The notes under the pieces: model-generated
What the model was told of the DNA's origin: nothing
What the model saw: the letters and a program-made list of their open reading frames with translations, nothing else
Database searches by the model: none
Position numbers and translations under genes: made by a program
Source of the DNA: Raillietiella orientalis
Taxonomy: Eukaryota
Assembly: GCA_036172245.1 (NCBI GenBank)
Contig: JAYWIR010000050.1
Coordinates: 868,001-932,000 of the forward strand
Direction: 5' to 3'
DNA: 64,000 nt
Shown here: positions 1 through 13,329 of the stretch, piece by piece
Layout: each line of letters starts with the position of its first letter
Numbering within the stretch: position 1 is the stretch's first letter

Positions 1-85
1 CGCTCTCGAACGACCGTTCGGGTCGGTTTGACTGACCTCGGTTTCGGTGGCGAGCGCTGCTCACTCCCGCTCATTCTCATTTCAG

Positions 86-300
86 GCTTGAAAGTTTGTC
101 CGTACCCTGGTTCGCTGATTGGAGGCACCGTCTCTTCCATCAAGTTCTTCTACAACATAGGGGAGCAGGTGGTTTTGAAATGCCTGGATGTTTTCTCGCT
201 GCACGGACACAACACGTCGACGTGCCTCCGCAATGGCCAGTGGTCCCACAGCCTACCCAGGTGCTATCATAGCAAGAAGACGAAGGGAAGGATCCTCTGA
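86..300 (+). CDS. hig: Terminal coding exon encoding one Sushi/CCP domain; hikaru genki-like secreted protein (5' part lies outside the window)
   Basis: Acceptor attctcatttcag|G at 85/86 (phase 1). Translation LKVCPYPGSLIGGTVSSIKFFYNIGEQVVLKCLDVFSLHGHNTSTCLRNGQWSHSLPRC has the CCP pattern C..P...G...Y..G..V...C..F.L.G...C..NG.WS...P.C. Stop TGA at 298-300; AATAAA at 498-503. The hig assignment rests on remembered similarity of the C-terminal CCP ('KFYY.IGE.V...CL.NG.WS') and is tentative. Confidence 0.8.
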
Positions 301-989
301 GCGTTTCAGCGTGGACAATCGATCTCGAGCGTCCCAGACGGCATCTGCGACGTGTTATCCCCGAATCGAATCGCATGCCCCTAAAAAAATATACGGGAAA
401 CGCTTGATGAACGTCAAATTGTCTGGAGACAGAGGGAGGGTTTCTCGGCTTCCCCTCGCTTCGTACACTCCTCCCTTGCTGTCCTTGCTATAAAAAAAAT
501 AAAAATGAAAAAAAAAAAAAAAAGAGGGGATGTACGAAACGGCCCCACACGACCCTTGGTTTCACCGATGCTGTGCGCATTTCTTTTTCGTGTGTGCGTG
601 CGTGTTTTGCTTCGGAGGAAACAGGGGAAAGGGGTGACGCTGCGCGCTGTTGAGGGGGTGGACCTTTGGTTTGACCGATCTGCGGGGGCAGGCAGTGCGT
701 TGAAGATGGAACGACCGGGGAAGGCCACGCCCGAATTTTCCTATCCGGAGTGGCTTTCGAGCGCAGCCTCACTAAAATCCCAGGTGCCACACTGCACCGC
801 CTACGACCGAAGGCTTCCCAGAATGGCACGCACGCGCAGCTCCGATCGCATGGGGGTAGCGCTAGACGTAGAGGAACGGGAAAGAGCTCCGGTTTCCCTG
901 GATGGCTCTGCATCCCTGCGGCGAGGAAGTTTGCCGAAATGAAGCCGCGTTCCACCCGTCGGAGCAGATGATGGGCGCACCCGCCCATT

Positions 990-1640
990 AAAGTGGAGAG
1001 AGTTGGCTCTGCTGCTGGACTGGGGGGTTCCGTGCAACGCCTGCCGGCATCACTGGACACGGGGGGGGGGAGGGTGATCCCGAACTGTGCCGGGTGTGAG
1101 GAGCTCGCATCCCTCACCCAGCCTGCCTGCGGATTGTGTTGCCCTCCAGCCCTCTGGGAACGCTTCGCCGCGTCCCTAGGAACCCCCAGCGGCAACCCCA
1201 GAAACTCTTTACGACCTCCTCCTTCAACGCGACGCCCTTCGGCTGGCAGCCTCACTAGCGTAGACTCCTCCCTGCTGTCTACGCGCGATCGTCGCTAACT
1301 GGAGCGACGCAAGAGGACCTAGCGACAGGCGTGCCACATCCACTTCGCCGTCTGCTTCATGAGGATGGCAGCGATATGGCCCCACCTGGAAAACAACATC
1401 CAGGAAGACCTTGCCGGCATCCTCCAAAGAATCAAGGGGACCGTCCCCAGCAGACTGTGACCCCTATCTCCAAATTGTTTTATTTTTGTTTTGTTTCATT
1501 TTCTTTTTGTTTGGCCCCTCCCCTCTGCTGCTGAGGTGGACCTCACCAGTCTGCTAACCGGTAAGACGACAGGTTAGATCCACATAAAGGATATGGTTGG
1601 ATCACTGGTCCATCCACACTGTAAATATTTATTTTATTTT
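990..1640 (+). mobile_element. 5'-truncated L1/Tx1-like LINE 3' fragment (ORF2 C-terminal zf-RVT-like region plus 3' UTR), degenerate
   Basis: Aligns by eye to the reverse complement of 63090-63750 (aaagtgg...ctgctgc.ctgggg...ccgtgcaacgc...ccggcatcactggacacggg...aactgtgc.gggt); T-rich tract and stem-loops at the 3' end. Confidence 0.75.
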
Positions 1641-1779
1641 TAGATAAAGGCCCCGGCGAACCTGGGTGGAAACGCCACAACCGTTTCGGGACGCGGAACG
1701 AAAACGAACCTACAGGCGGTTGGAACGATAGCCTGGAGAGAGACCTGCCATTGCACTTCGAAACACGAGGAGGGCGACC

Positions 1780-2070
1780 TCCTCACTTTTTAACAAAGAG
1801 GAATCCCGAGTGGCTCGAACTCTGGGAAGTGGCAACCTTCAAGAAGAGCTCTGAACGCCGTGCGGGAACGAGGAAGCCCAGCTCCACGTGCTCCCCTGGG
1901 AAACTGATCGGAAAACGCCAAAGGCGATGGCGGGCAGCATAAGAAGCGAGGTCCTGGAGAAGGAGGAGGGCCGAGCCACAGGCGTGCCACATCCGCTTCG
2001 CCAAGCGCTTCATGAGAATGGCATCGAGATGACCCCACCTGAGCAGCATACTAGCGCGGGAAACTGATGA
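1780..2070 (+). mobile_element. Second short fragment of the same LINE 3' region
   Basis: acaggcgtgccacatccgcttcgcc...gcttcatgagaatggcatcgagatgaccccacctg matches 1326-1389. Confidence 0.6.
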
Positions 2071-2265
2071 TGGTCTCCTGGAGCCACTAGGGGCGGAAGC
2101 GAGGGCAGCGGTAAAGGGGACCGTCTTTCACCTTCCCGGATCCGAAGCGGAAGGCAGGGCAGCATCAGCCTGCAAAGCGCTTATCGCGTGCTCGATCTCG
2201 CTCCGCGCTCCAGGACGAGTGGCAGAAGATGTGCAGAGGATGGTCACCATGGGGATGAACGCGTG
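2070..2265 (+). repeat. ~195-bp dispersed direct repeat, copy 1 (copy 2 at 5922-6116)
   Basis: atggtctcctggagccactaggg...ggtcacca.ggggatgaacg.gtg is present twice with scattered substitutions. Confidence 0.9.
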
Positions 2266-3059
2266 CCATGAGGGCATTTCGTGGAAGCTCTTCGGCGCGT
2301 TGGAACCGGCTGAGCCATGCAGCCCTTTCCAACGGGAGTGACCGCTCTGGCAAGGGGTGGGGAGGACTTGTCCGTCCTTCTGAGGGGCGGACGAACTTAT
2401 TGGACCTCCAATCAGATGAGGAGGGGAGGAGTTTCCAGAGGTACCCCCTTTCTGGTGCCGTTTATCCGATTCCTGCTTTCCAGAGACGCCCTCACCGTCG
2501 GCGCCGTAGGCAACAGGCACAGGAAGACCGAGCGCAGGTGGGAAGGGTAGTCTCAAGCGCTCGGCAGCGTCGGGAAGGCAGGCCTCCGGCTCCGAATTGA
2601 CGCCAGACTAGGGATCGTCTAAACTTTGCCCGGAGGCGCTTCTCATGGATCTCTCACTCACATCTGAGCTCTGGGATCTCTCAGGAGACGCGTACCGCAA
2701 CGTCCGTCACAGACGCTGCCTGACTCCTGGAGAGCTACACTCCGTCCACACCCTCCTCCCCCCAGCCAGAGCTCGGGCCAGGTGCCCTGCGGTCCCGTGA
2801 CGGTCCTGGACGCTCCACAGGCGGCAACGGCTCCATCCCGCGGCTTCTCCAGACGGGCAGCGACAGAACTCGCCCCGGAAGGTTCCCGGATTCCATGACT
2901 GCCGCTGCCTTCCTTACGCAAATGGCAACCGGCTCCGCATCGGGGCGCAGCGGACTCAGTCTGTCTCCCTGGCTCCGGATCCACTCGCTGAATCCTCTGG
3001 CCCTCCGATGACTCTCACGGATTCGGAAGCTCCAGATTTCCGCGTGACTTCAAGAGTGG

Positions 3060-3480
3060 CTCGAGGTGGGGACTCAGGTGGGATCATCTTGTCACCATCC
3101 TCATGAAGCAGACGGCAAAGTGGATGTGGCATCCCTGTCGCTGGGTCATCCTCTTGCGTCGCTCCAGGCCGCTACAATCTCGCGTGGGCAGCAAAGAGGT
3201 GCTTGCGAGGCTGCCAGCCGAAGGGCGTCGCGTAAAAGAGGGAGGGGTCGTAAACCGTCCTGGAGTTGCCTCCGGAGGTTCCCAGGGTCGCGGCGAAGCG
3301 TTCCCAGAGAAGCTGAAGGCCAAAACAACCCACAAGCAGGCTGAGGGAGGGATTCGCTCTCCTCGCACATGGCACACCTCGGTCGACCTCTCTTCCCCCG
3401 TGTCCAGTGATGCCGGCGGTACTTGCACGGGAAACTGCCCCAGTGCAGCAGCATCAACACCAACTCCTGCCACTTTAGAG
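3060..3480 (-). mobile_element. L1/Tx1-like LINE 3' fragment
   Basis: Minus translation KWQELVLMLLHWGSFPCKYRRHHWTRG..C..C..ESLP matches the family motif. Confidence 0.75.
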
Positions 3481-4769
3481 GGAGGAAGAGGGGAGAGGGA
3501 CATTCGAAGAAACTTCGGAGGGCACCAGCAGTTGTTACCGCGATTCGATTCTTCTTTATTCTCTTTTCTTCCCACGCCCATCTCTTACCACCAGTGTGCA
3601 GGTCAGGGTTGTCGGGCACTTCCGTCCGAGCTCTCTCTGAGTTCGTTCTGGCTGACAGAGTTCCCTCTCCTCCCCTCTACCCAATAGGAAGCGGTCTCAC
3701 TTGGGGACGACGGAGTTCCCATCTGAGTGCGCAGTTTGCGCGCGTTCGTGCACTTCTCCTCGCTCGACCTTCCTGGGCGATTTCTTTTTTCTTTCTCCCC
3801 TCCTTCCCCTACGCCACGAGTGCTACAAGTGACTTTGGAATCCAAGAATTTTCAGAAGTGCCTCTGGAGGTTGCCTGACACCGGCCAGCGTGGTAGCAAG
3901 CGCATCCTTGAGATTCGGGTGCGTGCACCATGGGCGGCACGGATCTCTTCCTGTGAAAGAAGGAAGAGAAGGGAGCAGTGAAAAAATCCTCGGTTCTTCT
4001 GCGCTCCTGGAGTTTGCTTGCGCGCCTCCCCCACGAGAGAGGGAAGAGAAGTTTCTTTCACTTCGCATGAGATGACTGCTTTCTTGGATTGCTGGCGTCA
4101 AAGGAAACCCAAGGACTTCTGGTCAGATTTCGGTGCATGGGGTCGTGTTGGAAGAGGGCTCAAGCAAATGAGAGAAAGCAAGGGAGGAAGGAGGAAGTCC
4201 ACCGCCTCTTTCTCCAGATGCTCTCCTTCAGCTCGTCGCGAGGAACGCAGCAATTCCGGGATGCGTGCCGGAAGGGCCGTCGAGCGTCCTAACCCCTTGA
4301 GGAAGATTTTCCTCGGCCGCAGCTGTTCCAGGGTTTGTTGGGTCGACGCTGGTGCCGAGCAGCCAGCAGCTGCTAACTGCTACTCGTCCAGGACAGCAGC
4401 GATGATCCCATCGGCGTGGCGAGAGAGGAAAGGCGACAGAGGACAAACGCGCGCTCGCGGCGGAGAGCGCGGATCGGTATAGCCGGGAGCAGGATGGAAT
4501 CCTACCTCATCCTCCTTCATCGACCGCCCTGTTTCGGAACGCGGACGTGGGAACGGGAAGCACATATGCGTTTCTCATTCGCCCCTGAATGCGCTATCTG
4601 GGGGATGATGCAATCACATCCTGCTTTCAGCTCACGTGGAGTGGCTGTGTGTTTGATTTTCCTTTTAGGGGGGCCTGTTTTCCAGGTTTTTGCTTTCAAA
4701 GGGGATGAAGGACGAATGCAAACGAAAGAAATCTTGTTTTCTCATTTGCATCCCTTTTCTCTCCCACCC

Positions 4770-5420
4770 TACTAGAGCAAGAATGACAGGGAAAGGAGGG
4801 CAGGACAAGGAAGACAAGAGATGAAACACAGGACGGAGACAGGATAATGAGGAATGGACAAGAAAGAAGAGGAAAGGGCATGGAGAGGAGTACAGAAATT
4901 ACAGGACAAATAGGATATGTTAAAGAAAAGGACAGAACCGAGAAAAGGACAAGAAGGACACAACTTGGAGGAAAGAACAATGAGGGCTTGGTAAAAAATC
5001 ACAGAACGACAGATATGGAAAGCAGTACAGGAATCACAGGATAAATAGGATGTATTAAGCAGGAAATAAGAAGAAGAACAGAACAGGGAGAGAAGGGCAA
5101 GGAGGAGTAAAAAAGGAAAAAAGGACATAGAGGGCAGGATAATAAGTGCAGGGTGGGAATCAGAGAACAAATAGGATATGTTAAGGAGGAAAGGATAAGA
5201 AAGACTGAACTAGGAGGTAAGGACAATGAAGAGTGAACAATGAGGAAAGGATAAAGATGATGGGACAATTAGGACTGGGCAGGAACCACAGCAGAAAGAC
5301 AGACAAGGAGTAAAGGACAGGAACAACAAGACAAATAGAACATATTATGGTAGAATGAACACGAGGGACGGAATGAGGAGCAAAGGACAACGAGGATAGG
5401 ACAAGGATAGAATAAGGATA
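4770..5420. repeat. Purine-rich degenerate tandem repeat (about 4 units, ~130-160 bp period)
   Basis: Core (g)gaa(t)cacagga(c/t)aaataggat(a/g)t(g/a)ttaa recurs near 4895, 5030, 5160 and 5320; strong A/G strand bias. Confidence 0.6.
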
Positions 5421-5921
5421 AAGAGCCCACTGATAACGAAGAAGTTATTCATGCAGCAGTCTACTACTGACTGGTGTTGCCTTGCTTTTGCTTGAGGACC
5501 GAAAAATCATGCACCGAGATGAGCAGAGCTCTATCTACCCGCAACTCCTGCGGACTCGCGAGTCGTCTTCTACCAAGATGTCGATCCCTAAGTCCAACTA
5601 TCCCAGCCCATTCATGCCCTTGTGTGGGAGTATCGCTTCTAGTGCATGCAGTGGTGCCTTCTCGAGGTCATGTAAAAGTCAGCGATTACAGAGTGGGTCC
5701 ATTCGCACATCAGTGAACTGCCCCTTTCATCACAAAAGTTCAGGGTTCAGCTCGTCCGCTCGTGTGCCCGTAAGGTGAGCGCAGAGCCCTCGTAGCTCAT
5801 CTCAACTATCTGGGATCTCATCCCGTATCTGATCTCTTGTTCTCCTGAAGGCGTTTGCTGGCAGGACGGGCTCTTCTTGAACGGAGGCCCTTCCTGGGCT
5901 ACCCGTAAGTGCATCCCGAGC

Positions 5922-6116
5922 ATGGTCTCCTGGAGCCACTAGGGACGGAAGCGAGGGCAGTAGTAAAGGGAAGGTCTTTCACCTTCCCGGATCCGAAGCG
6001 GAAGGCAGGGCAGCATCGGCCTGCAAAGCGCTTATCGCGTTCTCGATCTCGCTCCGCGCTCCAGGACGAGTGGCGGAAGATGAGCAGAGGATGGTCACCA
6101 CGGGGATGAACGTGTG
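5922..6116 (+). repeat. ~195-bp dispersed direct repeat, copy 2
   Basis: Matches 2070-2265. Confidence 0.9.
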
Positions 6117-6935
6117 TTCTGGGTTTGGATGGTTGCGCAGATCACATCCTTCCTTCCTGAGGGTGGCTGCCATCTTTCCTCGAGATCCTCAGCGTGCCGA
6201 GTCCCTGCCTCCATGAGCGACGGTTGCCTTCATGGCTGCTGGGATCTCCTCCGGGGAGAGAAGCGGGGAGTCAGCCAGTCACCCCTCCTGCAGCTTCCAC
6301 AGCTTCTCCTCCTTGGAGTAGCCGGGTCAGCCTGAAAGTGATGCGTGGAATGGGTTGCCTCAAGGCAGCCGGATCCACAGCTGTCGTTTGTTCCACAAGG
6401 TCATCGCGGCCTCCCCACGGCTGTGGTGTTCTGGCAGGTGCAGCGGTTAATGGCGTGTCTCGGGAGTCCTTCCCGTGTTCCTCCTCTTCTGGACATTCTC
6501 TCTGTTCCCTGTTTACGGCGTCCGATGACTGTGCAGGCAGGAGAACCGTCCAACACCTTCCCCCCTGGGTTCATTTCCTCGGGTCCAGACACCGGGAACG
6601 CTTCTTCCGTCCACAATCAAGGGATGCCTCTCCTGCATTTTGGGTTTGGAGAGTCCGCTGAACCGAATTGTGAAACTTCAGAGGTGTCTTCCTCGCCTTC
6701 CAGGGACTTCGCATTGCTCATCCCAGGAGCCCCTGGGACTCAATCAAAAGACTGCCGAGCACGCAGTTCCGAAGACCGTTTCCGTGCCTACGAAGACATG
6801 AGTGCGCGTTATGCAGGCAACGATTGGAGGGAATGAATAACGGCATCGCAGATCGATGACGCCGTAGTCAGAAATATAAGTAAAAAAAAACTATAAAAAG
6901 TATAAATGAAAATAAGAAAAAAAAAAACTATCACA

Positions 6936-8338
6936 TGGATCACTCCCTGATGGTGCAGTGGCACGAAGGCTCATGCTGTTGCCTCGGAGAAATCGGTACC
7001 ACTGCATCACTTCTTTCCTCCTCAACAAGTTGCCGGCAACCGCAGCCGTCCAGAGGTCGCGGGTCAGCGACCCGAGCTGCACCTCCAGCAGCAGCACCAC
7101 CACCACTCATCGGAGTGGCGCGCGCCGTTCCCTTTCGCAAGTCCTCTCAGCGCTCCTGCGGCGCCTCCCCAGCGCGGATCACCGTCGCCGTCTCGCCGCT
7201 TCCATGCGCCGGGGGACGCCACGCTGTCCCGCCCGGTAGGCGTGGGTGCGATCCTTCGGTCGATGCGCTTCGAGGCGAGCGCGGTCGCCAAGGCATCCTC
7301 CACTCCTGCATCGGCAGGCACGCCGCGCGCGTTTCTCTCCCAACTCCCAGCCCGCCCTCACCGTGGTGGGCGCCCCTCGCGTCCTCGACGCTTCTCCGTG
7401 GGGTGGATGCAGGCGGGCGGGGCACGCCTTCCTGCACCTCTTCGTCTCTGCCGTTTCTCAAACGCGCGCACCGCTCCCCGGAAGGACCGCTGCACCGCCG
7501 CAGCCCCTGAGCTCAACACCTCGAGGGGCCTGCCGCCTCCCTCTTCGAGCTGATGCGGAAGGCTGCGGGTCGCTGCACCTGCCGCTCGTTGGCGCAAGAA
7601 CTCGGACTGACTGCTCCGAGGCGAGAGCCGTCGCTGACCATTGAGGATGCCTCTCCTCCCTCCGCAGGGATACCGACTCGGCACAGGCGCGCGCACTACG
7701 TGGCGGCGCCTGGCGGGACGCGTCGCGAAGGAGACTCGAGCCGCAGCATCCAGCTCCTCCGCGACACCTGCTGGCACCGCCGGCCGGGTCACCTGGTGCC
7801 GATGAAACCCTCGCATCCTCTGCGGATTGCGCCCTCGCCATGCGGGCTGCAGACAGCGTCCGATCGGCCTCCCCCTCCCTTGCCTGCCGCCCCCACCATT
7901 TCTGCTGCCAGCTGCGGGACGCCCGCGACTCGCCGGCTCCGCCCGGTGCCTCCGCCGGATTCGGGAACAGAGGAGGAGGTTTCCGACCAGCCAATCCCGA
8001 AACGGGACTCCAGGCCGAGCCTGCATCTGGAGCTCCGGGGATTCGCCTCCGCTCACAGGTGGTCGTGTGCCAACACGAACAGTGCGTCAAGGTGCTGCGA
8101 AGCAGAAAAAAGGATACCGAGGAAGAGCAGGAACGCCATAGAGACGCAGAGATGGCAGGACGGCGCGCTCCTCCGCTCCCCTTTTTGCCTCCTCCCTCTT
8201 CCCTTGTTTCCCGTCGTCATCCTCTCCTCCTTCTCCCTATCTTGTTCCCCCTTCCTCCCTTCCTTCGTTTCATCTTCTACTCCTACCCTTCCTTCAGATC
8301 CTTTCCTCTTCCTCCCCCCTCCCTTGTTTGCCATCGTC
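6936..8338 (+). repeat. 1.4-kb segment with a near-identical inverted copy at 44776-46177
   Basis: Near-identical ORF translations on opposite strands (7458..8090- vs 45025..45657+; 7246..7644+ vs 45471..45869-); only scattered substitutions. Confidence 0.95.
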
Positions 8339-9719
8339 ATCTCCTCCTCTTCCTTTTCTTCCTCTTTTGTCACTTCTGCCAGCTGCTGCCGGCACCATGA
8401 CCGCCGCAACAGAACGGGTTGCCTCAGAAACACCCTGCAAGAGTGGGAGGTGGGTCCCACTTGCAGAAGTGATCAGGGTATCGGGAAGGAAGCGATGGTG
8501 CGCTTGCAGTGGTTGCAGCTCCCATCGCCGGAGAGGGAAGTCGCCAGCGATCGGGCCGTTCGGACAACTTCGGAACGAGGAAGAAGGAAATGATGCAAGC
8601 AGCATCCGATGTCCCGAGCGCTGCGGCTTCTCGATCCGGCTCGCACGCGAGCGCGCTGCTGCCTGCTCCAGCTGTTCAGGATCCTCTCCTTCCCACCAGA
8701 ATGTATCCCGGAAAAGCGGGTCCATTCCGCCCTGCGCGACTTCTGGCGCAGCTTTTCGAGCGGATCCTCGCGCTCGGCTCGAGCGCGAGAGAAGCCTGGC
8801 ATTCTTGAACGGAGCAGGGAGCATCCGGACCACTTCTCTGCCTTCTTTTTGCTTTGCGGAGGAATTTGAGAGCATCAGTTTCGTTGGATAAGTTCTCCCG
8901 GGTGTCCCGGGGGGACCTACGCGCCACGCTCCATCCTCATCTCTCGTCGCCTCCGATATCATAGCTTCGGAAGCGAGGAAGCCTCGAGCCACGCAGAAAA
9001 GGCGAAACTTCTCCGCAGGTGTGCCTCCAGCTCCCCTCCCTCTCTCTCGGAAGGCTCGTCTGCTGCCCCGCGAATGGTGGTTTCCGGTTTCCAGGAAACA
9101 ACCCGCATGTAGGGCGAAAACCAACGAGACGAGTTGCGATGACTATTTCTGCACTCCTTCTACAACAGCTGATCGCTTCAGGAGATCTTCCCGCATCCCA
9201 CCAAGTGTGCGTGGGCGGGAAGAACCTTCCTGGCCACTGGCTGCGCTGCCTTCCCTGAGGGAGCATCACGGCAGCAAATTACAGGCGAAATGGGAAGCCT
9301 TCTGCTGTAAAATCACCCTAAGACAGGATGTTCACCGGTTTGACCACGGGCCAAGTTGGACCAACGCTGTGACCCCAAATCTTCAGCCAAAGGGACCTGT
9401 ACGTTGGGACGAGCTGCTGAGCATTTTCAGTGAGTATCTCGAGTGTCCCCCAGTGCTGCCAAACAAACCGCACCCCTCCTCCTCAATGGCAGGAGTCGGC
9501 GCTTCTGACGTTGCACTGGAGCCTCGCATGCAACGCGCGACGACATTACTGGACTCGGAGAAAGAAGAGTGGACCCAAACTGCTGCAGGGACGGGGAACG
9601 TGAAACCCTCTCGCTAACCTCCTTTTCTTCCTCTTCCTCTTGCTTTTCTTGTTCTTTCACTTGCTGCTGCTCTTGTTCTTGCTCTTCCCCTTGTTCTTGT
9701 TTCTGCTCTTGCTCGTGGA

Positions 9720-10240
9720 CTGTGTTGCCCTGCGACCGATGTGGAGGAGCTTTGCAGCGACGGACCTTTGGACCCCCACGTGGCAACTTCAGGGACGCGC
9801 GGAGACCCCTCTTCGTACGCGGCATATGGTCTCCGGCCGCATCTCCAGTAGCGCTTTGCTGCCTCCGCGGGATAATGGCGATGTGGAGTGACACCAGTGG
9901 AGGACGTAGCGCCAGGGGCGCCATCTACTTCGCCCTACCGTTTTTGCGGAGGGCAACGAGAGGTCCCGCCAAAAAAACCGGGGAAGAACTTGCCAGCATC
10001 CTGGAGAGGATGTAGAGGATGACCTCTAGCAGACCGCCATCCCTTCTCTCGCCCTCCAGCATGATTAATATTAATGTTTTTATTTTTTTTTTCGCTTTTG
10101 TTTTTCCCACTCCCTTTGCTGTCGAGGTCATCCTCCCCGACCCTCACAGCGGACACATGGCAAGCTGTTCAAATGCCAGGACCTGATAGGGTCAACGGCT
10201 TCACCATTTTGTCAAGTTTTTTTGTTTTTAATAAACGCCT
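9720..10240 (+). mobile_element. L1/Tx1-like LINE 3' fragment
   Basis: cgccatctacttcgcc...ggaagaacttgccagcatcct, then a T-tract and AATAAA near 10230; same layout as the other copies. Confidence 0.6.
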
Positions 10241-12289
10241 CGGCCATCCCGGGTGAAGATGGAAAAATCGGAAGAAGTCCCAGGTTGATTTTCGATGCCC
10301 GTGCGCCCGTCAGAGCCAGCCGGGACGCCAGGTTGTCCGGAGGACCCAGGTGAGACTTCCGTCTGCCTCCTCCGTGAGCGTTTCGAATATGGGTCGTAGC
10401 GGGGCAGGAACCCTGTCGCACACGCTTTTTTTTTTTCCAGCGGGGGAGGCTGCGTCAGGGATGGAAGGGTCCTCTCAGAGCACTTTGATGCTGCTCCACA
10501 GAACGCACCAACTGCCTCCTCTCCGGCGATCCTCCTCCAAGCGGGAGCAGCAGCGATGGTATCCCGAACGGAGGGAGGGAGCGGCCTGCCAATCCGGGGA
10601 GGCGACCGTCAATCTCCTGAACGCGGAGGGCAACGCGGGGGTTCAGTCCGGGATGCGGGCCACAGTCCTTCTCGAACTGCTTGCTTTCGATGAACGGTCC
10701 GGCACTCCAGAAGGGCATCGTGGGTTCAGGGAGACGCTGCGTTGCTCCCGTCTCTGTGGGTGCGGAACTCGGTTTCATGGAACCCGCCGCGCTCCGGCGC
10801 GAGCCGCCTGCGCACAGATCCCTGCGAACCTTGGATTTCCCTCATATTCCGGCGTCGTGACGTCACTCCTATCGAGCTGCCGGAAAACGCCAAATGGCTC
10901 CCTGACCTTTCTTCTCTCTGCCCGGAGTTCGGGCACGTGAAGCACATGAGACCTCGCGGCAAAGGGCTCTCCTCCCTGCTCCGCTCGGATGATGGGCAAG
11001 CGCCCAGCTTGCATTTCCTCAACGCCCTCTTTTTCTTCTTTTTGAAAGAAAAATGGAGATCTGGAACTGTTCGTTTGCTCAGAATGAAACTTCTCCATGG
11101 CACTGTGGCGATGGATCTTTGGATCGTCTATTTTGGGACTGGGGTCATCCGTTCTCTAGCTTGTACCGGTTCCATTCCAAGGAAAGAACGAATTCTTCCT
11201 TACCCTAAATCATGCGATTTAGGATGGGGCAGAACCTCGGAGCGAAAGGCGCGTGCTCTCTGTGTGGCACCCCTATTTGCTTGCTAGCCTTGCGCACGGG
11301 CAGTATCGTAGGCGAGGAAGGCGACTGATCCGCGATTATTGCTAGTTGAAAACTTTACCTTATTTACTTGCTGGAAATATTTTCCTTGAACATTAGAATA
11401 CGGTCGAGGGAGGTTCTAATAATGGGGGCATTCCAGGAAACGCACCGCCCAAAATGGATGGTCCGCCTTCGTCACCCGATAATGAATGACACACGACCAT
11501 AGCTGAATGCCAGCTGGGGTGGTCATTACAAACGCTGGACATCGCAGACCGACAAGTGGTGGGATGGTTTGATTTGAGCAACCACGAGACTGCAAGTTAA
11601 GAAATAAAAATGAATGATGGCGGGACCCAATCGATGCTCTCCAACATCTGAAGACACGCTCGCGCCCAGAGTTCTCTTCACTCCCGAAGATACGTCCTGC
11701 CTTGCACTCCCTGGTAGTCCAAAGGGACGAGTCGACGCTTCTTCACTTGGAGCGCGTTTCCTGCGTTCCCGTCACATAATCAGGAGGATAACTCGTGTTC
11801 AGATCGCGCCAGCCGGTCTGTCGGGCTGAGCACGGTTGGCGCTTTCGACGATTTCGTCCGCTGTCCTCACGCTGACTTCAGCTGCCGGGGTCTCTGCCGC
11901 GGCCATTTGCTTCATGCGTATCGGTTTCGCTTGTGATAGCCTTCTCGTGCTCTCCTCAAGTACAGAGCGCCCGTGGATTTCAACCGGTAGCCTGCGACGA
12001 CGGATGCCGTTGGTGACTTTCGTTGAGATGTTGGCGGAAGGTCGCCTCTTTGGGTCGCGAAAACGCAACCCGAGTTTTCGGGTTGCGTTTTCGCGAAGGT
12101 CTTGTCGTTCCTCTTCTTGGTCACCCCCTCTGTATTCACTTGAACCTCTGTAAGATCCACGCCCGTGGTCAGATTCTTCAATTCATCTTCCAGTTAGGTT
12201 TATCATTTGGTCACGCTAGGAAGTTTATTATAAAGAATAAACATCCGTGTGTACTGAACATAGGCCCTACAACGTCCTAGAATTTTCGG

Positions 12290-12980
12290 AACTTGCCGAG
12301 TGACCAACACGCAGACCGGCGAGGTTCACTCGGCAGCGGAGAGGCAAATAAAAAGAAAACAAAAAAAAATATACAAAAACATTGGGAGGGTTAGCAAGAG
12401 CTGGAGGGCGTCCTCCGCATCCCTTCCGGCAAGTTCCATCCGAGTATGCTCCAAGTGGGGCCATACTGCTGCCGTCCTCAGGAAGAGCAGGGCGGAGCAG
12501 ATGGCGTCCCTGTCGCGCCTTCCTGCTCTCGCGTAGCTCCAGAAAACCCCAATCCCTCGTAGGCAGTAGCAAAGAGCTGCTGGGGATGCGCCAGGAGAAA
12601 GCGCGTCGCTCACAAAGAGGCGCTTCATCACTCCCTTGGGATTGTCTGTCGGTACTCCAAGGGCCATTGCGTGACGCAGCCACGTGGGCCAGGGGGCAAC
12701 ACAGCCTGCGAGCAGGTGCAGAGATTCCCGTTCTGCAACAGGTGGCGTCCACAGCCCCTGGGTCCAGTGAGGCCGGCAAGCGCTGCGCAGGACACCCCAG
12801 TACAACAGCAGAATTGCCTACTTCTCCCGCCTCAGGGGAGGGTCCGGTCGTTCTTCAGCGCTGGGGGTTTTCCTGTAGGACTCCCAGCAGCTTACCCCAG
12901 CGCGATAGTCTTTTCAGTGGAGCACTTGGGGTCGCAGCTGGCTTGTGGTCCAACCACCTAGTTCCTTCGTCTTCTGAATG
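12290..12980 (-). mobile_element. L1/Tx1-like LINE 3' fragment
   Basis: Minus YWGVL...HWTQG, AVWPHLEHTRMELAG; 3' UTR homologous to 17770-17830 and 63150-63200. Confidence 0.75.
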
Positions 12981-13329
12981 ATTTCGCAGCTGACCTCTCA
13001 TTTGACACTCTGGTTACTGCCCAGGTGATCCCTGAGGGAGGGCGGCGCCGCTGCTAGGAAAGTTCTTTGCGCTCACGCACACGTGGTTGGCTGCATGATG
13101 GCGTCCTGTAGCGCAGAGGAGAGTGCTACAGTCGCTGCCGCATCTTTGGGCTCGCTCCGTTGCTCTTGGCCCACGTGCGGACGGTTTCCTGTAACCAGGA
13201 CTACCATTTGCGGGCCGGACGCAGCGGATGGCAGTGTTCCGCAGCATCCTCTCGACGAGTTGCTGGTGGCAGGGAAGTGTTTCGAACCAGGCGGGCATGG
13301 TTAGTGGAGCTGTCCTTGTGCTTGTCTGC

